Positions 28,158 through 35,117 of a DNA stretch of 35,117 bases are shown in pieces. The stretch's first letter is position 1; each line of letters starts with the position of its first letter. A model generated the notes under the pieces. It was not told the DNA's origin. It made no database searches and saw only the letters and a program-made list of their open reading frames with translations. The translations under genes were made by a program, and so were the position numbers. The stretch comes from Candidatus Shapirobacteria bacterium (GTDB lineage Bacteria; Patescibacteriota; Microgenomatia; UBA12405), in NCBI GenBank assembly GCA_026395315.1, contig JAPLYY010000024.1, positions 1 to 35,117 on the forward strand, in the 5' to 3' direction.

Positions 28158-28245
28158 ATGGCGCAACCGGTGGTCTCAACAAGAAATTGCTTTCTGTTGT
28201 CCGATTGCGCCATTAAAAAAAGCAATTTCTTGAATTGTTGAGACC
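28158..28245. other. compound inverted repeats capable of two mutually exclusive hairpins
   Basis: ATGGCGCAA (28158-28166) pairs with TTGCGCCAT (28205-28213). GGTCTCAACAAGAAATTGC (28172-28190) pairs with GCAATTTCTTGAATTGTTGAGACC (28222-28245, with a 3-nt bulge). The left arm of the second pair lies inside the loop of the first. Confidence 0.5.
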
Positions 28246-28286
28246 AATAACAATATACCAAAAACTACAAGTGGAAAACAAGAGGG

Positions 28287-30008
28287 TTAAATATAGTTCA
28301 ATTGTCTAAGTTTTGTTGCTGCTCGCGCAGAAATAGCTTGCATTGCTTCAGGAGTGAGAGAATCATATTGGCCTGAAAGTTCACCACAAGACTCAGCAAT
28401 TGTTTTAGTTATTCTACTGGTGTAACTTTCACCCTTTTTCCCTGATTCATCTCTTGTATCTTCAACAAAAGAAACACCTTCCGCTATTTGATTTGTAAAG
28501 AAAGACGATCGGGGTCTTAATGCGTCTTGAGGCAATCTTCCCATTCCGTCTTTTACCACACCAAGCCACTGATCTGAATTTGCCTTTTGCTCAGGAGTTG
28601 TTGCTTCAGGCATATATAAATATGCTACACAAGTATCTGTTCTTGTGTATTCTTCAAAATCTTTTCGGAATTTGAATTGCAAACGCATTCCATATTGATC
28701 CAGCTGATCAGATATCCTTGCTAGCTTTTCGGCCACTGTTGAACTACCTTCAGGACTTGCGTTAATGTAAAATCTTACCTCTCTAGCATTTGGAGGTCTG
28801 GGGGCATTACCCTTGAACCAAACAAAACCAGCTGCTTGATCAGGCTGGCCCCCATCAATCAATTCTTGCTCTGTAATCTGTCTAACTTTAGACGTACTTG
28901 CGACACGGTCTCTTAATCTTTGAGGGTTTTCAGAGTCAAATGTTTGGATATACTCATCAACATTAGGGGCATGAAGAGAATCTATTAGCGCTTCTCTCGG
29001 CATTCCTGATTTATGAATAACCTCATACATTGATTGAGCCATTTTTGCCAGAATTTGCATATCTGTTTCTGTAGTTTTTGTTTTTTCTCTGTAAACCTGC
29101 AATGTCCTTTGTAATGTCGGATCACTAGAAACAACTCTTAAAAAGGACTCAATTTGTTGCTGAAATGCCTGAGTTTTTTCATCAGCTTCTGTGGTTTCCG
29201 GTTTTGTTTTTTCTTGTACGGTCTGTTCTGATGCTTTTGGAGTAGATTGCTGATCTTTACCTTCTTGAGCAGGAACGATATTCACGCCTTGTGCTTCCAA
29301 GGCGGATTTAATTCTATCAACCGAAACTCCAGCAGCTTTTGCTTCATTAATTACAGTTTGTAACTGAGATTGAGTTAAACTACCCTCTTTTACTTTAGGA
29401 ATTTGGAGAGAAATTTCAGATAAATATGCCTTTATTCTATCTTCGCCTAAAATATTTTTGCCTGATTCCGGCGCAGTTGTTCCTGTTGCCGATTGAGTAG
29501 CTACTTGTTCGCGAGAGACAGCAGTTATCCCAAGTGATTTTAAGTGTTCGCTTATTTTTTCTCTTGGTACTCCCGCAGCTATTGCAGCATCAACTATTTT
29601 TTGAACATTTTTCTGTCTGTCCGCAATCGGAACCTCTTGTTTTCCACTAGCACTTGTAATTGCTGACGACAAACCTCTTTCTTGAGCCGGTTGAGGTGAG
29701 GTTTCTCCCACTTTTATTGCTGTTGGAGAGATAATTTCGCCACCTACTATGGATGTTTTATCTCTCGCAGCTTCATCATTTAAAAATTGTTCAAAGGGAG
29801 TTTTCCCTGTCTCACTTTGAGGTGACTGCTCTCCAGCAATATCTCGTAAAACTTGATCAGGATTGCCATCTTCAACTATTCTCTCGATAATTTTTTGTTC
29901 ACCTTGGCCAATAGGCTTTTCAGGCGCTTTTGCCTCGGGCGGTTTTAGAGCCGCTGGTTTTTCTGGTTGTTTTATCGTTGGTAATTCTGTAACTGGTCCA
30001 TCGGCCAT
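28287..30008 (-). CDS. hypothetical 573-aa protein, cargo of the IR2-bracketed segment
   Basis: The N-terminus is Pro/Lys/Glu/Gln-rich and looks disordered. Two ~33-aa internal repeats occur (..AAGVPREKISEHLKSLGI.. and ..AAGVSVDRIKSALEAQGV..). The C-terminal ~200 aa (VRFYINASPEG...LQFKFRKD...YTRTDTCVAYLY) is reminiscent of HopA1-family proteins, but that is recollection only and unverified. Confidence 0.6.
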   Translation of the reverse strand: MADGPVTELPTIKQPEKPAALKPPEAKAPEKPIGQGEQKIIERIVEDGNPDQVLRDIAGEQSPQSETGKTPFEQFLNDEAARDKTSIVGGEIISPTAIKVGETSPQPAQERGLSSAITSASGKQEVPIADRQKNVQKIVDAAIAAGVPREKISEHLKSLGITAVSREQVATQSATGTTAPESGKNILGEDRIKAYLSEISLQIPKVKEGSLTQSQLQTVINEAKAAGVSVDRIKSALEAQGVNIVPAQEGKDQQSTPKASEQTVQEKTKPETTEADEKTQAFQQQIESFLRVVSSDPTLQRTLQVYREKTKTTETDMQILAKMAQSMYEVIHKSGMPREALIDSLHAPNVDEYIQTFDSENPQRLRDRVASTSKVRQITEQELIDGGQPDQAAGFVWFKGNAPRPPNAREVRFYINASPEGSSTVAEKLARISDQLDQYGMRLQFKFRKDFEEYTRTDTCVAYLYMPEATTPEQKANSDQWLGVVKDGMGRLPQDALRPRSSFFTNQIAEGVSFVEDTRDESGKKGESYTSRITKTIAESCGELSGQYDSLTPEAMQAISARAATKLRQLNYI

Positions 30009-30009
30009 A

Positions 30010-30363
30010 TTATTCCTTTAATTTAACTTCTTTATTAGCAGCTTTCTTTAATAAAACATTTGCTTCTTCAATTTTTCCTTGTTTCAAAAGGATTCCTACA
30101 TGATTAACGACAGCGTTTTTTACTTTTTCATCATAATCTCTGGAAACTTCTAAAACTACTGGTACTAATTCTGAAAAATGGTCATCGAAGTTTTGAACCA
30201 CATCATGAATTTGATTTAATGTCATGTGGGGATGGAGGGAACTTAATATATACCTTGCTAGTTCCCTCGCTCGGTTGGCATCCATTTGATGAGCCTTTAG
30301 ACCATCTTCAATAATTTGCAATATTTCAAGCTCTATTTTTTTGCGATATTCCTCATTGTCCAT
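30010..30363 (-). CDS. hypothetical 117-aa helical protein, co-operonic with the 573-aa protein
   Basis: Its stop is 1 nt from the downstream ATG. There is no SD, and a TATACT box lies 6 nt upstream of the ATG, so the transcript may be leaderless. Confidence 0.55.
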   Translation of the reverse strand: MDNEEYRKKIELEILQIIEDGLKAHQMDANRARELARYILSSLHPHMTLNQIHDVVQNFDDHFSELVPVVLEVSRDYDEKVKNAVVNHVGILLKQGKIEEANVLLKKAANKEVKLKE

Positions 30364-30545
30364 ATTTACAGTATATCAAAATTGGGGTTTATTTTTTATG
30401 GCCAAAATAGTGGAAATTGGCCAATGGTTTTTGGTATCATATAGGGAGTTTCCGTGTCCACGCACGGGCGGGTGGGGCAAGGACACTATAAATTCCTTCC
30501 TTGCTCGAACGAAGTGAGAGAAAAAATCGCGCGCGCAAAAAATAA

Positions 30546-30649
30546 CGGAAGCGCGGTGGGTGGGGGCGCCGCGCTGGAGTAGCGAGCCGCAAAGCGGCAA
30601 GCTAACAGTTTGACTTGAAATGAGTTCGAATTTTTTCAAAAACGTTCAC
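30546..30649. repeat. inverted repeat IR2, right copy (104 bp), preceded by the CGCGCGCG end motif
   Basis: It is the reverse complement of 27967-28070 with one mismatch (30557). AAAAAATCGCGCGCGCAAAAAATAA lies at 30521-30545. Confidence 0.9.
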
Positions 30650-31082
30650 AAATCAACATTTCAAGGCTATAGTGCTTTGCTCGTTTTCTTCGAGAGTCGA
30701 TTTTAAGGCTAAAAAAGTTCCATACCCAGTGAGCGGAATCTATGAGCTTAGACATGAATAAAGAGAGATAAAGTCCCTTATATATTATTGAAGATAATTT
30801 TTCTAAGTGATAATATGCATTCATATGGGTGAAAAAATTGGACCAAGTATTTTTGACGAACATAAACCAGTCGAACCATATCGCCCCAGCACTTTTTTGA
30901 TGGGTGATTTCTATTTGACCCCTCAAGAGAGGTCTGTGTATAGAGTGTTTGGAAGATTTTTCAAGAAAATGAAGGCATTGGAAGAAAAAGATCCAGAGCA
31001 GCCAGTTGCTCCACCTACGGGCCAGGAAAATTCTGAATAAAGATTTCTTTTCGTTGTAGTGCTGGTTTGTAAATTTGGTCAT
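30636..31082 (-). pseudogene. ORF whose first ~20 codons are homologous to the HKD-nuclease N-terminus and whose remainder is unrelated
   Basis: MTKFTNQHYNEKKSLFRIFL compares with MNNLTSSLHDEKTFYKAFL, and the upstream arrangement is the same (GAGGAG RBS inside a conserved small ORF). The remainder is W/F-rich, resembling antisense translation, and it ends inside IR2. The competing plus-strand ORF 30807-31040 is equally unsupported. Confidence 0.3.
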
Positions 31083-31191
31083 TTTCTGTCTCCTCAGTAT
31101 CAATGACTACAATTTTCCCGTTATAGTAGGTGAAACCAAGCTCTTTCAATCTTTCGTAGGTTTTGAAAATACTCTCGAGTAGGTGTTCCAC
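31015..31191 (-). CDS. small conserved ORF (58 aa, GTG start), paralogue of 26190-26306
   Basis: The translation is MEHLLESIFKTYERLKELGFTYYNGKIVVIDTEETENDQ... A TAA lies 8 codons upstream of the GTG in frame. Confidence 0.3.
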   Translation of the reverse strand: MEHLLESIFKTYERLKELGFTYYNGKIVVIDTEETENDQIYKPALQRKEIFIQNFPGP

Positions 31192-31239
31192 CTGTGGTAC
31201 AGTGAGCTCACATTTTTATTTTTTTTGTTAAACTAATTT

Positions 31240-32019
31240 ATGTTCCTGCTTTTATTTTTCACTTTGTTTTTCACTCAACCTTCAATCGCTCAAGAACCAA
31301 CCACCATCGATCAATTTACTCAATTTAAAAACAACTATACCTTCCAATATAATCAATATTTAACTGCCTATTCCAAATATCTCGAAAAAAAGGATGTCAA
31401 TACTAAATATGGTTCCGTTACCACCGAAGCCGACAAGCTCGCCACCGCCAAAGATGCCATTAATGCCCGTAATTTAGCCCTAAAAACCTATCTTCAGGCT
31501 CTCCGGGTTTATCTAGACAAATATAAATCAGCCGATCCGGCCACCACCGATAAGTTCCAAACCGAGCTTCAAAATTGGGAAAATTGGTTTAATGAACAAT
31601 TATTAATCGTTCCCAATTTTAATAACGCCAATGACCTCAATAATTGGGTAAAAGATTTTATAATCAAATATATTGACATCCAGCAATCCATCTATTCTGC
31701 CCTGGTTTACAATCAAATCAATCACCAAAAATATACCCTTGGTTTACTTAATTCTCTCATCGACACCGCTAAAGCTGATCCTAATATTAAACCGGAAAAC
31801 CAGCTCTGGCTGAATAATTTTACCGTCCGTTCCGATTTAGTGAACACCAGTCTTGAAGAGACTGCCTCACTTACCATCAAAAAACAATACCAAACCAGAT
31901 TCGATAATTTTTATCCGGATGCCAAATCCGGTCTGAATACTGCCAATAACTACCTCCGTCAAATTTATGACAATCTTAAAATTATTATTGTTAAATCCAC
32001 CAATCCAGATGGAAACTAA
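31240..32019 (+). CDS. secreted hypothetical protein
   Basis: 259 aa with an N-terminal signal-like sequence, MFLLLFFTLFFTQPSIAQE. I recognised no family. Confidence 0.6.
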   Translation: MFLLLFFTLFFTQPSIAQEPTTIDQFTQFKNNYTFQYNQYLTAYSKYLEKKDVNTKYGSVTTEADKLATAKDAINARNLALKTYLQALRVYLDKYKSADPATTDKFQTELQNWENWFNEQLLIVPNFNNANDLNNWVKDFIIKYIDIQQSIYSALVYNQINHQKYTLGLLNSLIDTAKADPNIKPENQLWLNNFTVRSDLVNTSLEETASLTIKKQYQTRFDNFYPDAKSGLNTANNYLRQIYDNLKIIIVKSTNPDGN

Positions 32020-32323
32020 CCCGCTATTTCAACCAACGATTACACCTGTCAAACCACTTAACAAAAAAGTTCTGATTTTGATTATCTTATCCGCCATTAT
32101 TTTCGTTCTCTTACTTGCCAGCCTGTTGGTCACCAGCCTCCGCCAACATCAAAAAATAAATAATCTTAAACCTACACCAACCGGAATTCCTATTACTCCC
32201 ACTATTGAAGTTAATCAAGCCGTCCCCACCCAATACCAACTACCTCTAAATCAAATTGATACTGAAATCAAAACTCAACTCGAATTTGCTCCACCGGAAA
32301 TTGACCAGAACATCGGCCAATAA
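32008..32323 (+). CDS. small membrane-anchored hypothetical protein
   Basis: The start METNPLFQ overlaps the upstream stop. It has a single TM helix, LILIILSAIIFVLLLASLLV. Confidence 0.5.
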
Positions 32324-32881
32324 TTACTTTCTTGATAAATATCCACCTGTTTCCGTACTAATCGAAATTTCTTCTCCGACTTTAATAAACAATGGCACCA
32401 ATACCTTGGCTCCGGTATCTAAAACCGCATTTTTCATCGCTGATGTGGCCGTATCGCCCTTAACCGAATTTTCCGCTTCTACCACTGTGCAAATTATCGC
32501 CTTGGGCAAAGTTACTCCCACCGGTTTTTCATCATAAAATTTTATCCGGTAAAGCAAACCCGCTTTAATATAAATCTTATCATCACCAATAACCTCCGAT
32601 GGTACTGCGTATTGTTCAAAAGTTCTCGGTTCAATAAACACATAAGCTGATCCGTCAAAATAAGAATATTCCGCTTCCTGGGTTTCAACCAAAACTTCCT
32701 CAATTTTTTCTCCCGATTTATAGGTAAATTCAACTACTCTACCAGTATACAATGATTTCAACTTAGTTTTATAAAAAGCACTGCCTTTCCCCGGGCTGAC
32801 AAAAGTTATATCCACGACCATATATGGCTCTTCGTGAAAAATTATATACATCCCTCGTTTTAGCTGTGCGGTTGATATCAT
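32324..32881 (-). CDS. efp: elongation factor P
   Basis: I chose the start MISTAQLKRG. It carries the VSPGKGSAFYKTKLKSL loop motif, is ~185 aa long, and has a C-terminal OB-fold pattern. Confidence 0.85.
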   Translation of the reverse strand: MISTAQLKRGMYIIFHEEPYMVVDITFVSPGKGSAFYKTKLKSLYTGRVVEFTYKSGEKIEEVLVETQEAEYSYFDGSAYVFIEPRTFEQYAVPSEVIGDDKIYIKAGLLYRIKFYDEKPVGVTLPKAIICTVVEAENSVKGDTATSAMKNAVLDTGAKVLVPLFIKVGEEISISTETGGYLSRK

Positions 32882-32892
32882 TCCCATAGGCC

Positions 32893-33189
32893 CTATTCTA
32901 TCACTTGTTCCCAATCCCTTCTACCCATAAAAGTATAATTACCCGCATTATACGCCGCAATTTTATCCCAATTAAATACCACTTGCCTCACCAACGGAGT
33001 GTTTGGAGCTAACCCGCCTAAACTTTCAAGCTGATTCAATAATTTTATTGTATGTTGCTGATTAAGATTCATTCTTGTCCCTTTTTTCTCCACATAACCC
33101 AAAATTAATCTATGACGAATTCCCTCAACCTGTTTTAGTCTTTCAGTTTGATATCTTTTCTCTGCTTCTGGAGTCCGTTGATTAACCAT
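32893..33189 (-). CDS. hypothetical protein (98 aa)
   Basis: This is an ORF only. It lies just upstream of efp on the same strand. Confidence 0.45.
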   Translation of the reverse strand: MVNQRTPEAEKRYQTERLKQVEGIRHRLILGYVEKKGTRMNLNQQHTIKLLNQLESLGGLAPNTPLVRQVVFNWDKIAAYNAGNYTFMGRRDWEQVIE

Positions 33190-33422
33190 TATATTTTAAA
33201 CTTTTATCGTTTCTATTGTAACTTACCGCTTTTATTTTTTCAATAGAGTAAAAATTTTTGAAATTGGTTCTTTATTGGTTCTTTTTGGTATTTAGTCCAA
33301 AAAAAATCCCAGAGTATGCTTTTTAGAGGAGCCACCCCGGGATCTAAGTTAGTAATATATCAAAATATATAAGCCAAGTCAACATATCTCACCAGTGTGT
33401 ACCCACCTAGCGCCAGGCAAGA

Positions 33423-34028
33423 TTAAAAACTCCCACTCTCGATTTCCTGGATAAATTGATTTACTCCGTAAGCCCACGAGCCATTTGAATGAGGACAGTA
33501 TTTTTTCATTATTAGCTCCGGTGTGTTCAAACCCTTATCAAAATAATTCGTCTTCAGATACTCTGCATAGCTCTTCAATGCTAGCTCATAATTATCAAAT
33601 TTTAACGTTCCGGCTGAATTGATCCCGTAACCCCAGCAATTATGACTATTATCGGGAATTTTTTTACATAAATTCGATTCCTGCTGGGCAATCGCCACTA
33701 TCCAGTAATAATCAAAACCATATGTTTGCGATAATTGAAAAATCATATCAGAATAGGGAGCCAATGGTGACTTATATTTTTCTAAATATTTTTTAATCAA
33801 TATCGGTCGGGCATCATCCGTTATCTCGGTCGTCTTAATATCAGCTGCCGCCGAAACTTCAACCGCCGAATTGATGGCCACTTTCTTATTTTCCAACACC
33901 GTCAGTTGTGCCTGATCATTTGGTATATTTTTATGGTTTATTAACCATACTTCCAATGATATAAACACAGTTATCGCTAAAGCAAAACCAAAAAACACCC
34001 GACTAATTTTGATAATTAAATCTTCCAT
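33423..34028 (-). CDS. membrane-anchored putative peptidoglycan hydrolase (SLT/glucosaminidase-like)
   Basis: An N-terminal TM helix is present. WIVAIAQQESNLC resembles the catalytic E-S motif region of lytic transglycosylases. The call is tentative. Confidence 0.4.
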   Translation of the reverse strand: MEDLIIKISRVFFGFALAITVFISLEVWLINHKNIPNDQAQLTVLENKKVAINSAVEVSAAADIKTTEITDDARPILIKKYLEKYKSPLAPYSDMIFQLSQTYGFDYYWIVAIAQQESNLCKKIPDNSHNCWGYGINSAGTLKFDNYELALKSYAEYLKTNYFDKGLNTPELIMKKYCPHSNGSWAYGVNQFIQEIESGSF

Positions 34029-34062
34029 TTTGTCTCTATTTTCATGATATCATAAGGCCACT

Positions 34063-34824
34063 ATGAAAACTGATAAGTCCTTCACTCTCACTTTTACCTT
34101 TACTCCCGCCGAAATTGCTTCTACCAAAACTCAGGTCCTGGCTGAAATCCAAAAAAACTTTAGCCTCAAAGGCTTTCGTCCCGGTAAAGTTCCTCTCGAT
34201 ACTGTCGAAACTAACACCGATCCGGCCCATCTTATCGAACACATTTTAACTGACCTGCTGAATTCTACCTATCCAAAAAAACTTACTGAAAACAAACTTC
34301 ATCCTATTATTGATCCCAAAATTTCCATTTTAAACCCGCCTCTAGCTCTTGATAAAGACTGGCAAATTAAAGTGGAAAGCTGCGAAATTCCCGAAATCAC
34401 CATTAATCCTGACTACCAACCGCAAATTAAAGCTGCCAAAACTCAAGATTTAAACAAAATTTTGGACATTTTAATTAAAAATTGCCAAGTTGAACTGCCG
34501 CCAATTTTACTTGAGACTGAACTTAACCGTCAGCTGTCCAAACTGGTAGACCAAACCCAGCAAGCCGGGCTTAGCCTTAATGACTATTTAAAATCCAAAA
34601 ATCTCAATCTTGATCAATACAAAGATCAAGCTAAAATCGATATTCAAAATGAATGGACCATCAATTTAGCCATCAGCCGAATTTCCGTCGACCAAAAATT
34701 AGCCCCCACCGAAGTGGAAATTAATCAGTATCTGGAAAAACAACCTCAATTTAAAACTAATCCATCTTTGGCAAATTACATAGTTACTCAACAAAAAGTC
34801 ATCGATTTTCTCAAAAGTCTGTAA
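34063..34824 (+). CDS. tig: trigger factor-like chaperone (short form lacking an obvious PPIase domain)
   Basis: The N-terminal ribosome-binding signature is GFRPGKVP, and the N- and C-domain architecture is helical. Confidence 0.65.
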   Translation: MKTDKSFTLTFTFTPAEIASTKTQVLAEIQKNFSLKGFRPGKVPLDTVETNTDPAHLIEHILTDLLNSTYPKKLTENKLHPIIDPKISILNPPLALDKDWQIKVESCEIPEITINPDYQPQIKAAKTQDLNKILDILIKNCQVELPPILLETELNRQLSKLVDQTQQAGLSLNDYLKSKNLNLDQYKDQAKIDIQNEWTINLAISRISVDQKLAPTEVEINQYLEKQPQFKTNPSLANYIVTQQKVIDFLKSL

Positions 34825-34895
34825 TTTTTGTTACCCCGTAACTTATCTTATAATCTAAAGTATTTCTGGTTTTTTGTGCTATAATAGAAGTCAAA

Positions 34896-35117
34896 TGGCA
34901 GGTGGTATCGGGGGAAAGCTCGACCCCAAACTTCAAAAATTGCTGAAAAATGGCTTTGGTAGCGAAGTTCTCAAAGACTCCCAAGGGGCTCCTTCTGCTC
35001 CAAAACTAGAAACTAAATCAATTTTCAGCCTCAAAGGCATTCTCAATCTCGGTCAAACTGCCGAAATCAGTAAAAGTGCTGATAGCCTCCAAAAATCCGG
35101 TGAGAAATTATTTTCCG
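34896..35117 (+). CDS. hypothetical protein, 5' partial (runs off the window)
   Basis: The frame is open from the ATG at 34896 (MAGGIGGKLDPKLQKLLKNGF...) to the window end. Confidence 0.35.

Noticed and set aside
147-30639. Track ORFs 147-338 (+), 27977-28216 (+) and 30376-30639 (-) considered as genes; the latter two share the N-terminus MKKFELISSQTVSLPLCGSLLQRGAPT.
   Set aside because: They run through the GC-rich repeat elements. The shared peptide is simply IR2 translated. Composition is Arg/Ala/Cys/Ser-rich and no RBS is present. They are treated as repeat artefacts.
190-30649. The repeated GC-rich elements considered as a CRISPR array.
   Set aside because: The copies are 100-140 nt long, are in mixed orientation and lie kilobases apart. 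There are no regularly spaced short spacers and no cas genes.
30807-31040. Plus-strand ORF 30807-31040 (77 aa, MGEKIGPSIFDEHKPVEPYRP...) considered as the real gene in this interval.
   Set aside because: It has no RBS and no recognisable family. It is antisense to an ORF whose 5' end is homologous to the HKD-operon leader. Neither strand can be preferred from sequence alone, so no confident CDS was called.

Overview
This is an AT-rich bacterial window. Its gene style (short trigger-factor-like gene, giant Fn3-rich surface protein, many small hypotheticals) suggests a Patescibacteria/CPR-like genome, but that is inference only. Positions ~190-31200 look accessory or mobile, and ~31240-35117 looks like core chromosome (efp, trigger-factor-like gene). 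The accessory part contains six groups of features. (1) A large serine recombinase sits next to a decayed conjugation module: a VirD4/TraG-like coupling ATPase, a replication-relaxation protein, DUF2958, a VirB4-like ATPase truncated by an IS481-like insertion, and an M23 peptidase. (2) There are two diversity-generating retroelements (DGRs). DGR1 (RT 7115-8212, Avd ~8126-8509, TR 8521-8666) has a clear cognate variable repeat at the 3' end of the 703-aa ORF 4967-7078. Of 27 TR/VR differences, 25 fall on TR adenines. Its layout is atypical: avd is inverted and overlaps the RT start, and TR/RT lie on the strand opposite the target. DGR2 (Avd 15680-16024, TR 16061-16177, RT 16407-17492) sits beside a giant surface-protein gene. 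That gene carries a homologous FGE/C-type-lectin scaffold (18953-19069), but the pair is not adenine-specific, and the gene has two in-frame stops. (3) An AbiEi/AbiEii pair is present. (4) A MacB/FtsX-type ABC pair is present. (5) An XRE regulator lies next to an HKD (PLD-family) nuclease operon. (6) A second large serine recombinase is bracketed by a perfect 103-bp inverted repeat. This abuts a 104-bp inverted-repeat pair that brackets a two-gene cargo. Both pairs belong to a GC-rich repeat family that also occurs at the 3' end of the first recombinase. I recognised no rRNA, tRNA or CRISPR array. All homology calls come from motif recognition by eye, since no searches could be run.
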